Below, piece by piece: positions 1-9,877 of a stretch of DNA of 64,000 bases. Under the pieces are notes generated by a model, which was not told where the DNA came from, made no database searches, and worked only from the letters and a program-made list of their open reading frames with translations. The stretch's first letter is position 1; every line of letters starts with the position of its first letter. The position numbers and the translations under genes are program-made. This stretch comes from an uncultured Phycisphaeraceae bacterium (GTDB lineage Bacteria > Planctomycetota > Phycisphaerae > WQYP01): NCBI GenBank assembly GCA_964610975.1, contig CAZSYN010000003.1, positions 195,955 through 259,954 on the forward strand, given 5' to 3'.

Positions 1-1085
1 AGATCATCGCCATTTTCGTGACGCGTAAATGACGGAGCAAATCCGTAAGTTTCCTTGCTCTCTTGTGTACTTCCCGTAGCAAGATGTAGAACGGATGACG
101 AAACATTCTGAATATTTTCCCGCGCGTTTGCGGCCGCCAACGCGCCGAGACGCTCCCCAAGTTTGATTTGTACGCCGACACGTTCAAGTTGCGCCACACC
201 TGAGGAAGTCAGCGGCAATGCGCCATTCATCAGCAGCAGGCCGGGCATCTGTTCAAAAACCGCATCCGGCAAACTCAGCGGATCATTCTGCAATCCGCAC
301 GCCGCAGTGACATATTCGCTTGGCGCATCCACAATAATCTCCGCTGCACCCCATAATTGCGGGTGATTGAGCATATTACGAAGTTGGTGTTCAGCGGCCG
401 CGCGTTCTGCAATGCTTGCGCCATATTGTGTTCCGTATTTTGGGCGAGGCAACGTCAAAGTGTGACGCGCAATATCAATCATTCCGCGTTTGTCAAAAGA
501 TGCGCGAAACGGCTGACTTAAAGTTTGCGCAGCAAATAACTCAGAAGCGGGCGCATCCGGCGCAAGCACAACCCAATTAAGATTATCTGATAATTCGCGC
601 TGTGCGTTTAATTTTACTCCCGCCAATTTGGCCACCAGCCCCTGGCGCGTGGCGTCAACCACGCATTTACACATCACGGCATAAAGCGATGTCCGCGCCG
701 CAAATAGAACGCCGCGCACATGCTGCTTCTGATCCTGTATCACCGCCACCGGGCGCACGCCATATAAAACGTGCACGCCGAAATTGATCAGGGCAAGTTC
801 AAGTTGATGCTTAACCTGACCGGGAGTGGGCAAGTCCTGAGCGCCGGTTAAATTCAAAAAGTCTGCCGCACTGGTATCCGTCAAATAATCATCAGGCAGA
901 AAAGTTCCCGCGGATTCATCGCCAAAATATGTCAGATCGCTGGCTGCCATAACGCGCAAGCCTCGGCGCACGGCCGCCAATGCCCCGGCCGCCACGCCGC
1001 TGCCGGCGCCGATGAATAGGATATCTACGTCATTCAGGACGGGAATGTGCAAGTTTTCGCACGATGATGAGCTATTGTTTTTCAT
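1..1085 (-). CDS. FAD-dependent oxidoreductase (partial; C-terminus lies beyond the window start)
   Basis: Absent from the ORF track because it has no stop in the window. My manual minus-strand translation from the ATG at 1085-1083 reads MKNNSSSSCENLHIPVLNDVDILFIGAGSGVAAGALAAVRRGLRV... and stays open to position 1. DILFIGAGSGVAAG is a Rossmann GxGxxG/A dinucleotide-binding motif. The gene is divergent from the AraC regulator. Confidence 0.6.
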   Translation of the reverse strand, partial: MKNNSSSSCENLHIPVLNDVDILFIGAGSGVAAGALAAVRRGLRVMAASDLTYFGDESAGTFLPDDYLTDTSAADFLNLTGAQDLPTPGQVKHQLELALINFGVHVLYGVRPVAVIQDQKQHVRGVLFAARTSLYAVMCKCVVDATRQGLVAKLAGVKLNAQRELSDNLNWVVLAPDAPASELFAAQTLSQPFRASFDKRGMIDIARHTLTLPRPKYGTQYGASIAERAAAEHQLRNMLNHPQLWGAAEIIVDAPSEYVTAACGLQNDPLSLPDAVFEQMPGLLLMNGALPLTSSGVAQLERVGVQIKLGERLGALAAANARENIQNVSSSVLHLATGSTQESKETYGFAPSFTRHENGDD

Positions 1086-1166
1086 GTTGTTTATTATTTC
1101 ATAATGACATAATAGTGCAATTATTCTGCATTTCCTCAGCCGCGCGATTTATGGTATATTTTCCGC

Positions 1167-2036
1167 ATGGTTACCGCGACTCATCATCCGTCGGTATGGT
1201 TGCCGGGCATGCTCAAGCACATGATTGTGGAGTTGAGATTTGCCTATCATGCGCAGGTCAGCCCGAATTGTCTTTCGCTCAAGACCAATCATCCCTACTT
1301 TAGCTGGTGGTGGTGTGATCGCGGCCGCGTGCGCGTTGATATACAGGGCGCGAAATATGTCATCATGCCGGGCCAATGGGCGTTGCTGCCGATCCGCCGT
1401 GAGCGTCAACATGAAATTGAGCCGGGCACAGTTCTGATTTCAGTCGCTTTTCAGGCCATGTGGGCCACCGGCATGCCGCTGCTCAAAACTCCCGGTCCGA
1501 TCATCACATCAGGCAGCCATGATGCCGATCTTCGCCATTGCGCATTGCAGATTTGCCAGGCGTCACATGTCATCAGTACTCAGCCGGCTGACAGTTCCGC
1601 GCTGCAAACGACACCGCTTTACGCCATGCAGGGAAATTTGTTTTTGTTTATATCAACGCTTTTTTCGCGGGCAACGCAACTTGGTTGCGCCCTTAATCCG
1701 CCGGGCAGCGGCGATGAGCGACTTGACATGATACTTGCCGAAATGAATCGCGACTTAAGCGCCGGCCCGCTTCCGCTTGACCAGTGGGCGCACATGGCAG
1801 GGTTAAGCCGATCTCAGCTTGATCGCCTTTGCCAGAAACTTCTCGGCCAATCGCTTCGTCAGCATCGTGACCGGCTTTTGCTTGAAGAAATCCGCCAGCG
1901 TCTGCTTGTCGGCAGCGAATCAGTCAAGCAGATTTCCGCGGCGTTTGGCTTTGTCGATTCCGCACATTTTTGCAGGTGGGTGCGCCAGCAGTCAGGCCAA
2001 ACTCCTATTGAATTGAGGCATACGCCGTCCGCATAA
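1167..2036 (+). CDS. AraC family transcriptional regulator
   Basis: 289-aa ORF. The C-terminal double HTH (LSRSQLDRLCQKLLGQSLRQHRDRLLLEEIRQRL...ISAAFGFVDSAHFCRWVRQQSGQTP) is typical of AraC/XylS. The N-terminal half looks cupin-like. The start codon is uncertain. Confidence 0.85.
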   Translation: MVTATHHPSVWLPGMLKHMIVELRFAYHAQVSPNCLSLKTNHPYFSWWWCDRGRVRVDIQGAKYVIMPGQWALLPIRRERQHEIEPGTVLISVAFQAMWATGMPLLKTPGPIITSGSHDADLRHCALQICQASHVISTQPADSSALQTTPLYAMQGNLFLFISTLFSRATQLGCALNPPGSGDERLDMILAEMNRDLSAGPLPLDQWAHMAGLSRSQLDRLCQKLLGQSLRQHRDRLLLEEIRQRLLVGSESVKQISAAFGFVDSAHFCRWVRQQSGQTPIELRHTPSA

Positions 2037-2041
2037 TTTTT

Positions 2042-3334
2042 TCAGCGCTGAGCCGCGGTTTTTTCAACAACCTGAACTTCAGCGCCTTCTCTCATGCGCG
2101 TATCAGGCGTGGCCACAACAAGATCATCCGCCTCAAGACCCTGCGAAATTTCAAGTTCAGTTCCCAGGTCTCGGCCTACCGTCACATTTTTCAGATGAAT
2201 TTTTCCGTCCCGCACGATGGCGATTTGAGAACCGGAAGTCTTAAAAATCATGGCTGTTACGGGCACCAGCAACACAGGCTCCTGAGACGCAATGTTCATT
2301 TTAATTTGCGCGTACATACCGGGGAGCAGCGCGCCGTCAGGATTATTAAATCGCGCAACGCAAAGCATCGTTCGGGTATCCGCATCAACGGAATTGGCGG
2401 CAAGGAAAATGGTTCCCGTGAATTTGCGCCGTGGATAATTTCTGACATTCAGCTCAACATTCTGCCCCAGGGAAATTTGTGATGCATAAACCTGCGGCAC
2501 GTTGACCCGCACACGCACCGGATGACTTGCGGTAATCCTGAAGAGCGTATTGCCGCTGCTTGGTGAACTTGCCACCACAAGCGCGCCGACATCAAAATTG
2601 CGTTCGGTCACAATGCCGTCAAAAGGAGCTGTGATTTTTTCAAAATTTTGCAGAACCTCAAGCCGTTTGACGTTAGCTTCTTCGGCCGTAACGCTGGCGC
2701 GCGCCTGCGCCAAAGCAGCAAGCGCCTGATCATATGTGGCTTGCCGCTGCTCCATTTCTATCGCGGACACCACGCCTGCCCCGCCGCTGCGTTCCGTCTG
2801 TTGATAACGATTAAGCGTAATCTGCGCAAGACGCAAATCAGATTGCGCGCGATTGACGTTTGCCATTGCGGCCTCAAGCGTCGCGCGGCTCTGCGCCAAT
2901 TGCGCGTCCACTTCCGGCGTATCAATTTCCGCCAGCAATTGGCCTGCCTTTACCTTATCGCCGATATCAACATGCAGTTTTTTCAGGTATCCGGTCGTCC
3001 GCGGAAAAATACTCGCTTCCTGATCCGGGCGGATATCGCACGGCAGCATGATATCCCCCGCCTGATTGCTGCTGCGCGGCCGAACCACCGTCACCTGCAT
3101 GGTGTCGCTCGTGCGCTGATGCATATCACTGAGAGCTTCCGCATGTTGCGCCTGGCGTGAGTGCCATCCTAAAACATATATTCCCGCCAGCAGAGCAACA
3201 AGCAGCAGCACCGCGCCGGTGACCTGTGCGCGCGTCATGTGCGGAAGGCTTGCGGGAGAAATCATCGTTTCGTCATGAACAGGATTCTGTTCATAACCAG
3301 GCTTTGGCTGTTTTTCAGATTCGTCAGAACTCAT
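2042..3334 (-). CDS. RND efflux pump periplasmic adaptor (membrane fusion protein, HlyD/AcrA family)
   Basis: 430 aa with an N-terminal TM anchor, a lipoyl-like hairpin (GYLKKLHVDIGDKVKAGQLLAEID...ITAPFDGIVTERN), a coiled coil and a beta-barrel. It has a 4-nt overlap with the upstream RND permease gene. Confidence 0.9.
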   Translation of the reverse strand: MSSDESEKQPKPGYEQNPVHDETMISPASLPHMTRAQVTGAVLLLVALLAGIYVLGWHSRQAQHAEALSDMHQRTSDTMQVTVVRPRSSNQAGDIMLPCDIRPDQEASIFPRTTGYLKKLHVDIGDKVKAGQLLAEIDTPEVDAQLAQSRATLEAAMANVNRAQSDLRLAQITLNRYQQTERSGGAGVVSAIEMEQRQATYDQALAALAQARASVTAEEANVKRLEVLQNFEKITAPFDGIVTERNFDVGALVVASSPSSGNTLFRITASHPVRVRVNVPQVYASQISLGQNVELNVRNYPRRKFTGTIFLAANSVDADTRTMLCVARFNNPDGALLPGMYAQIKMNIASQEPVLLVPVTAMIFKTSGSQIAIVRDGKIHLKNVTVGRDLGTELEISQGLEADDLVVATPDTRMREGAEVQVVEKTAAQR

Positions 3335-6300
3335 TGAATTAACTCCGGGTCTTTAATAGCTTCCGGCGCCTTACGGCGCAGAAGACTATATACAACTGGC
3401 ACAAAAAAGAGCGTGGCAAAAGTTGCCACGGATAATCCGCCTATCACGGCCCTGCCGAGCGGCGCATTTTGCTCGCCGCCCTCACCAATACCAAGAGCCA
3501 TCGGCAACATGCCGATAATCATCGCCAACGCGGTCATCATGACCGGACGCAGGCGCGTAAGCCCTGCCGCAAGCGCCGCATCAAAAGCCTGCGCTCCGGT
3601 TTTTCGCTGATCATTGGCAAACGTAATAAGCAAAATAGAATTGGCCGTCGCCACGCCGATGCTCATGATCGCGCCCATAAGTGCCGGCACGCTGATCGTC
3701 GTATGCGTGGCCCATAACATCCACAAAATGCCGCACATCGCGCCCGGCAGCGCCATAAGAATAATCAGCGGATCAACCCAGCTCTGAAAATTCATCACCA
3801 TCAGCAGGTACACCAGCACCACGGCAAAGATCAACCCAAAACCAAGCCCGGCAAAAGAGCTGTTCATGCTCTCAATTTGCCCGCGCAGCGTAATGGTTGA
3901 TCCGCGCGGCAATTGAGCGCGGTATTGATCCACAATTTTGTCGATATCGCGCGCGGTTGATCCCAGATCGCGCCCCTGAACGCTCAAAAGCACATCGCTG
4001 GTGGGCGTAATGTTATAGTGTGTAATATTGGTGGCCGATGCTCCGCGCTCCGTTTTGGCGAGATTCATCAGCAACTGTGTATTTTCCGGACTTGCCGCCG
4101 CATTATTCGGAACAATCGGCGTATTTTCAAGCGCGTTGATCGTGTTCATCCAGTATTGCGGCGTCTGCACCAAAATGTTGTAACTCACGCCCGATGACGG
4201 ATCAAGCCAGTAATTCGGCGCGGTCTGATTGCTTGAACTCAGTGATATCAACAGATCGCTGGCCACATCGCGCTGCTGTAAACCGATCTTGCTTGCCAAT
4301 GTGCGGTCAACATTTACACGAATATCAGGCGTCTGCGACACCTGCTGCATGCGCACATCAACCACGCCGGGGATACGATTGACGTCATGGGCGATTTGCT
4401 GAGCTATTTTTTCATTTTCCCTGGCGTTGCGTCTGGGCCCGTTTACCTGAATGTCAATCGGCGCCTGCGAACCAAAATTCAGCACCTGCGTGACGATATC
4501 GGCCGGCGCAAAATAAAATTTCAAATGCGGAAATTTCTCCGGCAATTTCGCGCGCAGTTCGCGCATGTAAAATTCCGTCGGTTTGTGACCCTCGTTGAGG
4601 GAAACAAGGATTTCCCCATCGGCCGCTGACATCAGTGATCCGTCGCTGAGCGACAAATTAATAGAGCTATTGGGAATGCCAATATTATCAAGTACCGTGC
4701 CAATATCACGATCGGGAATAATCTCCCGAATCGCATCCTGAACCTGGGCAAAATAATCTTCGCTCTGCTCAATACGCGTCCCCGGAGGGCAGCGCACATG
4801 CAGTCGCAACTGGCCGACATCCACTGACGGAAAGAAATCCTGGCCGACCCACAAAACCATCGGCGCAGTGACCACCACCATCATGACAAAACCGGCCACT
4901 ACCGTGCCGCGATGCTTGAGCGCCCATAAAAGCATGCCGCCATATACGCGCTGATAAATAACGAAAGCGTTATTAAATCGCCGATGTACGCGGCCGATTA
5001 ATCCGCCGCGCGCCAGCAACCATGCCAGCACGCCGCCGGCCAAAAGCCCCAGTAGCAACTGCACAGCCAAAGTGCGATGCCCAGTCAACCACTGCCACAC
5101 ATGCTCAAAAACACCGCGAACCGCAGGGATATGATCTCCCAGCGGCGTTTTGAATATCGCAAAGATAAATCCCGTGATCAGTGCGGCGCACATAATCAGC
5201 ACGATGCGTACCGATTTGTAATTCAGCCATCGTAAAATACGATCAAGTGTTGATTCGTCTTCCGGACTCACCGGCAATCCGCATGCGCGTGCATGCCGCG
5301 CATGTGCGGCATGCACCTCAATCGGGTCATTGGCGTCATGCGCGCCGCCGTACATATCTACTTCCGCGGCCAGCAGATAATGCACCATGGTGGGCACCAG
5401 GGTACGGCTGATGAGGTAACTGGTGAACATGGCAAAGACCACGGCCATTGCCAGCGGAGTAAACAGATATTTTGCCGCACCTGAAATAAACACCACCGGC
5501 ACAAACACAATACAGATGCACAAAGTTGATACAAAAGCAGGCACGGCAATCTGTTCAGAACCATCAAGAATGGCCCGGACCAGCGTTTTTCGCTGATGTA
5601 AATTACGGTGTATATTCTCAATGGCCACCGTGGCATCATCAACCAGAATGCCCACCGCCAACGCCATGCCGCCAAGCGTCATGACGTTAAGTGTTTCGCC
5701 CAGCATATAAAGGACAATGATTGACACTAAAATTGACAGCGGAATTGAGATCATCACGATAATGGTGCTGCGCCAGCTTCCCAAAAACAGCAGAATCATC
5801 AGCGCGGTAAGTCCTGCGGCAATCGCAGCTTCCTTGACCACGCCTTCTACTGATGCGCGAACAAAAACAGACTGGTCAAACAGCGGCGTGATCGCAATCT
5901 CTGGCGGCATTGTCGTGCGGATATGCGGCAGAGCTTTATTCACGCGATCAACAACATCAAGCGTGGATGCGCCGCCCGATTTTAATATTGACAGTAAAAT
6001 GCCGCGGCGCCCATTTGAGTGCACCACGTTTGTCTGAACCTGAAAACCATCACGGACATTGGCAATATCGCTGATATAAACCGTGGTGCCATTTACGGTT
6101 TTTATCGGCATCTGATTTAATTCGCTGACAACTTTAGGGCTGCTGTTGAGCCGTACCTGGTATTCCTGCATACCAATTTTGGTGCTGCCGGCCGGCAAAA
6201 TCAGATTCTGCGCGTTCAGCGCGCCTGACACATCCGCCGGCGATACGCCGTAAGCCTGCATTTTCTCTGGCGCAAGGTCCACGACAATTTGTCTTTGTCT

Positions 6301-6840
6301 GCCGCCATAAGGATACGGAATCTGCACGCCCGAAAGCGTAACCAATTGCGGCCGCAACACGTTAACGGCCTTATCAAAAACATCCTGTTCCGAAAGCGTA
6401 TCGCTTGTGAGCAGCAACTGAATGATCGGCACATCCGATGCACTATACTGAAGAATCAGCGGCGGCTGCGTCCCCGGCGGCATATTGCGGATCGCTGTTT
6501 GCGCAATGGCCGTCACCTGAGCGGTGGCTTTTTCAATATTAACGTTTTTTTGAAAATAAACCTTGATAATGCCGATGCCCGTGAGCGATTGACTCTCAAG
6601 ATGCTCAATATCATTGACGGTTGTCGTCAACGATCGCTCAAAATTGGAGATAATACGCTGCTCAAGATCCTCCGGCGGCATGCCGGTATAACTAAACGCA
6701 ACCGAAATAACGGGAATCTTAATATCCGGGAAAATATCCGTCGGCATGGTCACAATTGCCAGAATACCGACAATCGCGACAAGCAATGCGGCAACAACGA
6801 AGGTATAAGGCCGACGCAACGCCAGCCTGACGATCCACAT
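3331..6840 (-). CDS. RND family efflux permease (AcrB/AcrD/AcrF-like), with an extra central insert
   Basis: 1169 aa. The N-terminus (MWIVRLALRRPYTFVVAALLVAIVGILAIVTMPTDIFPDIKIPVISV) and the conserved TM4 region (GMALAVGILVDDATVAIENI) are typical of RND HAE1 pumps. Confidence 0.93.
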   Translation of the reverse strand: MWIVRLALRRPYTFVVAALLVAIVGILAIVTMPTDIFPDIKIPVISVAFSYTGMPPEDLEQRIISNFERSLTTTVNDIEHLESQSLTGIGIIKVYFQKNVNIEKATAQVTAIAQTAIRNMPPGTQPPLILQYSASDVPIIQLLLTSDTLSEQDVFDKAVNVLRPQLVTLSGVQIPYPYGGRQRQIVVDLAPEKMQAYGVSPADVSGALNAQNLILPAGSTKIGMQEYQVRLNSSPKVVSELNQMPIKTVNGTTVYISDIANVRDGFQVQTNVVHSNGRRGILLSILKSGGASTLDVVDRVNKALPHIRTTMPPEIAITPLFDQSVFVRASVEGVVKEAAIAAGLTALMILLFLGSWRSTIIVMISIPLSILVSIIVLYMLGETLNVMTLGGMALAVGILVDDATVAIENIHRNLHQRKTLVRAILDGSEQIAVPAFVSTLCICIVFVPVVFISGAAKYLFTPLAMAVVFAMFTSYLISRTLVPTMVHYLLAAEVDMYGGAHDANDPIEVHAAHARHARACGLPVSPEDESTLDRILRWLNYKSVRIVLIMCAALITGFIFAIFKTPLGDHIPAVRGVFEHVWQWLTGHRTLAVQLLLGLLAGGVLAWLLARGGLIGRVHRRFNNAFVIYQRVYGGMLLWALKHRGTVVAGFVMMVVVTAPMVLWVGQDFFPSVDVGQLRLHVRCPPGTRIEQSEDYFAQVQDAIREIIPDRDIGTVLDNIGIPNSSINLSLSDGSLMSAADGEILVSLNEGHKPTEFYMRELRAKLPEKFPHLKFYFAPADIVTQVLNFGSQAPIDIQVNGPRRNARENEKIAQQIAHDVNRIPGVVDVRMQQVSQTPDIRVNVDRTLASKIGLQQRDVASDLLISLSSSNQTAPNYWLDPSSGVSYNILVQTPQYWMNTINALENTPIVPNNAAASPENTQLLMNLAKTERGASATNITHYNITPTSDVLLSVQGRDLGSTARDIDKIVDQYRAQLPRGSTITLRGQIESMNSSFAGLGFGLIFAVVLVYLLMVMNFQSWVDPLIILMALPGAMCGILWMLWATHTTISVPALMGAIMSIGVATANSILLITFANDQRKTGAQAFDAALAAGLTRLRPVMMTALAMIIGMLPMALGIGEGGEQNAPLGRAVIGGLSVATFATLFFVPVVYSLLRRKAPEAIKDPELIQ

Positions 6841-7057
6841 AAAATATTCCGTCCTGCAAACCAGATCATGCGGCCTGATGTTTTACACAAAAACATCCTG
6901 GCGCATGACAGCCAAGTAGTATAGGCGATATTTACACAAATTGCGGCAATTATATCCCATTGTTTACAAATGGGCGTCTATTTACCCCACAGGCACGTAA
7001 CCTCTTGTGATACGTGCAATTCAGCAAGAAGTGCGAATCAAAAAAACAAAAAAAACT

Positions 7058-7097
7058 CTCATGCACCATGTGCAAGAGAGTTTTTTGTATTCAGGTC
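7058..7097. terminator. Hairpin flanked by an A-run and a T-run (bidirectional intrinsic terminator candidate)
   Basis: The sequence aaaaaactctcatgca-ccatg-tgcaagagagtttttt lies just downstream of the stop of the minus-strand ORF 7114..7527. Confidence 0.5.
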
Positions 7098-7113
7098 ATC
7101 TCATCAATAAGGT

Positions 7114-7527
7114 TTATGCGGAGAGATCAAGTTTTGGCGGCTCAGGCCGGCGCAGAACTTCCCGCGGTTTTGCCGGCGCCGCAACATCAACACCCTCCGG
7201 CACGGTATCCTCAAGGCTCTGCAATTCTACTTTTTCTTCAAGCAACTCGCGGAACTGCTGTTGCTTTTTTTTCTGCTGCTGGCTGGCGTCATCACCTTTG
7301 TCATCAATACTTGTGACGCCAAACTCCGTTGAGTCCTCAACCTGCTCTGCATGTTCAACCTGACGACGACGTATCACACGCTGAGCGCGCAGCGAATCTT
7401 CATGCTGACGATCAACGGCATTCGTCAGGATGTTCTGTATCGTATTGAGCGGTATGTTACTCACGACTGCACGCTCCTCCCTTCCGGGAGCCACAATCGC
7501 TCGGTCCTTCGAGCTAAAACGAGCCAC
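7114..7527 (-). CDS. Hypothetical acidic/coiled-coil protein
   Basis: 137-aa ORF with no recognisable family. A GTG at 7464 preceded by GGGAGGAG is a plausible alternative start. A terminator-like hairpin lies downstream. The plus-strand ORFs that overlap it look like shadow ORFs. Confidence 0.4.
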   Translation of the reverse strand: MARFSSKDRAIVAPGREERAVVSNIPLNTIQNILTNAVDRQHEDSLRAQRVIRRRQVEHAEQVEDSTEFGVTSIDDKGDDASQQQKKKQQQFRELLEEKVELQSLEDTVPEGVDVAAPAKPREVLRRPEPPKLDLSA

Positions 7528-7697
7528 AATTTCCGTTTATATTTATCGTCCTTGATACATTGCACACTTCAATTCAAATCAGTAAATACACAATATTTTT
7601 GAATCGCAAAAATGAAGATACCCCATATATGGGGGTTTATGTAATTTACGGTTCATCACTACACGCGCCGGATTAATCCGTATAAAATCACAACGCT

Positions 7698-8489
7698 ATG
7701 CATGAATCAGATGACAATCGTTCGTTGTTGCGACAGGAAATTTTCAACACGCTCACGCGTTTATTGCCGCCGACGCTACCGGACTGGCCGACATCTTGCG
7801 CTGAGCGCACAATGGCGCTTGCGCAAGGTCTGCTGCGGCCAGAGGATGCGCCAGCAGCACTCACGACGCTCATGCCGGCCGTTACGCTCAGCATGCCACT
7901 AACGGATGCCGCGGATCAGGCCCGGCCCATTTATTATCCTTTTACGCTGGTGTGCGCTCTGCATCTGGCCAAAATTACCGGACAACCTGACGCACTTACG
8001 CACATTACCACGCAACTTGCAGGCATATTGCCCAGTGCGTATCCGGCGCTGAATTTATGGGAAGCTTATGCGTTGGCATTGGCCGGGGAAAATGACGCAG
8101 TGCTTGATCGCTGGTTCATGGTTTTTGATAAGCAGAAACCGGCCGGCCATCTGCATGAGTTGACGGCAGAAACTTCGCTTGATGCTTTTACGTATGACGA
8201 ACTGATTTCGCTACAGGCCGCGGCCGCGATTGCGTTCATGAAAAAAGATGACGCCATGATCGCGCAAGTTGCCAAACAGGCCGCGTATCATTACGACAAC
8301 ACGCAACCGGACAACACCACACAACATCCCTGGGCGCTGGCCGCATTTGCGAGATTTCCGCAAACCTTTCCGCTGGCTCAGCAGCAACTGCATGACGTTC
8401 AAACATTGCTGACGCATCGTGCCAAAGACCCCAAAAATCAGGGCATCGCGCTAGGCCTGCTGGCCTGCGCAGCAATTGAACTGTGTTAA
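7698..8489 (+). CDS. Hypothetical protein
   Basis: 263-aa ORF with ordinary composition. I recognise no motif. Confidence 0.5.
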   Translation: MHESDDNRSLLRQEIFNTLTRLLPPTLPDWPTSCAERTMALAQGLLRPEDAPAALTTLMPAVTLSMPLTDAADQARPIYYPFTLVCALHLAKITGQPDALTHITTQLAGILPSAYPALNLWEAYALALAGENDAVLDRWFMVFDKQKPAGHLHELTAETSLDAFTYDELISLQAAAAIAFMKKDDAMIAQVAKQAAYHYDNTQPDNTTQHPWALAAFARFPQTFPLAQQQLHDVQTLLTHRAKDPKNQGIALGLLACAAIELC

Positions 8490-8691
8490 AAAAACGCTGA
8501 ACGGTAAACGGTAAACGCTGAAGAAAAAAAGGCTAAAGGGTAAAGGCTGAAGGATGAACTAAGGAAACGCTGAACGTTGAACGGGAAATGCTGAAGAAAA
8601 AAACGATCAACGATCAACCACCAACGATAAACGATCAACGCCCCCCAGCTCGCCATTCCCACTTGGCGCGGAATCGCGTATCTTATACGGA

Positions 8692-9771
8692 ATGCTGGTA
8701 TCCGAACTTGATTACGTATTACCGCCGGAGCGGATTGCGACGACTCCGGCCGAGCCGCGTGATGCGGCCAAACTGCTGGTGTATCGCCGCGGCGAGGATC
8801 GCATTGAGCATTGTCATTTTTATGACTTGCCGGATTTGCTTGCGCCGCGCGATTTGCTGGTGCTCAACAATACCAAAGTGCTGCCGGCCAAATTGATGCT
8901 GCGCAAGCAGACAGGCGCGGCCATACCGGGATTGTTTTTAAGTTCGCAGGTGCCCGGCCAGTGGCGGGTGATGCTGCGCTCCCGCGGGAAATTGAACGAA
9001 GGCGCCACGCTGCTGACAGATCCGGAATCCCCCTACCAGATCAGGCTGATTGAAAAACTATCTGATAAAGGCCAATGGCTTGTTGATGTGACACCGGCCG
9101 ACGAGACGGGGAAAATCCTTACGGATATCGGCCACGTTCCGCTGCCGCCGTATATTGAAAAATCGCGAGGCGGCACAACAACCGAAGAAGAAAAGAAAGA
9201 TCGCCAACGTTACCAGACTATTTACGCGCGCGAGCGCAAAGCGGAAGAAGGATCGTTGGCCGCACCCACGGCCGGTCTGCATTTTACGCCGGCCGTTTTT
9301 GAGCGCCTTATCGCCAGGCAAATTGAACGAACGGAAGTGACACTTCAGGTGGGCCTGGGCACGTTTTTGCCCGTTGAGACAGAGTTCCTTGAGGATCATC
9401 CGATGCATGAGGAACATTATTTTGTCTCGGCCGGGGCTATTGAGCGGTTGCGCCGGCAGCGCGCGCAAAAAAATCGTATTGTGGTGGTGGGCACAACGGC
9501 CACGCGCACGCTTGAGGCGGCCGCGGAAAGGATACTCGGCAGCAATCCGCCGGCCGACATCTCGGCCAGTACGCGCCTGCTGATCTCACCGGGATATCAA
9601 CTGAAATTGACCGACGTATTGATCACGAATTTCCATCTGCCGCGCTCAACGCTCATCGCACTGGTGGCCGCGCTCATACCGCTGCCGCGCCTGAAAGAAA
9701 TTTACGCACAGGCCATCAGCAACGAATACCGATTTTATTCCTATGGCGACGCAATGATCGTATTGCCGTGA
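8692..9771 (+). CDS. queA: S-adenosylmethionine:tRNA ribosyltransferase-isomerase
   Basis: 359 aa. MLVSELDYVLPPERIATTPAEPRDAAKLLV, VLNNTKVLPAKL, HVPLPPYI, GSLAAPTAGLHFT and FYSYGDAMIV are canonical QueA blocks. Confidence 0.95.
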   Translation: MLVSELDYVLPPERIATTPAEPRDAAKLLVYRRGEDRIEHCHFYDLPDLLAPRDLLVLNNTKVLPAKLMLRKQTGAAIPGLFLSSQVPGQWRVMLRSRGKLNEGATLLTDPESPYQIRLIEKLSDKGQWLVDVTPADETGKILTDIGHVPLPPYIEKSRGGTTTEEEKKDRQRYQTIYARERKAEEGSLAAPTAGLHFTPAVFERLIARQIERTEVTLQVGLGTFLPVETEFLEDHPMHEEHYFVSAGAIERLRRQRAQKNRIVVVGTTATRTLEAAAERILGSNPPADISASTRLLISPGYQLKLTDVLITNFHLPRSTLIALVAALIPLPRLKEIYAQAISNEYRFYSYGDAMIVLP

Positions 9772-9795
9772 GATACAAAAAAAATGGCAAAATTC

Positions 9796-9864
9796 AAATG
9801 GCAAATGTCAAAACAAAAATAGTTGGTCATTGAACGTTGCGATTTGTTTTGTCATTTGCCATTT
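9796..9864. repeat. Long inverted repeat (22-bp arms, 21/22 complementary) between convergent genes
   Basis: aaatggcaaatgtcaaaacaaa at 9796-9817 pairs with tttgttttgtcatttgccattt at 9843-9864. It is a possible bidirectional terminator. Confidence 0.6.
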
Positions 9865-9877
9865 GTGCTTTGTCCTT

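Noticed and set aside
7114-7527. The possibility that the 137-aa acidic protein is the anti-sigma-28 factor FlgM, given the flagellar fliM in the window.
   Set aside because: I see no recognisable FlgM C-terminal sigma-28-binding helices and there is no flagellar gene context. It stays hypothetical.
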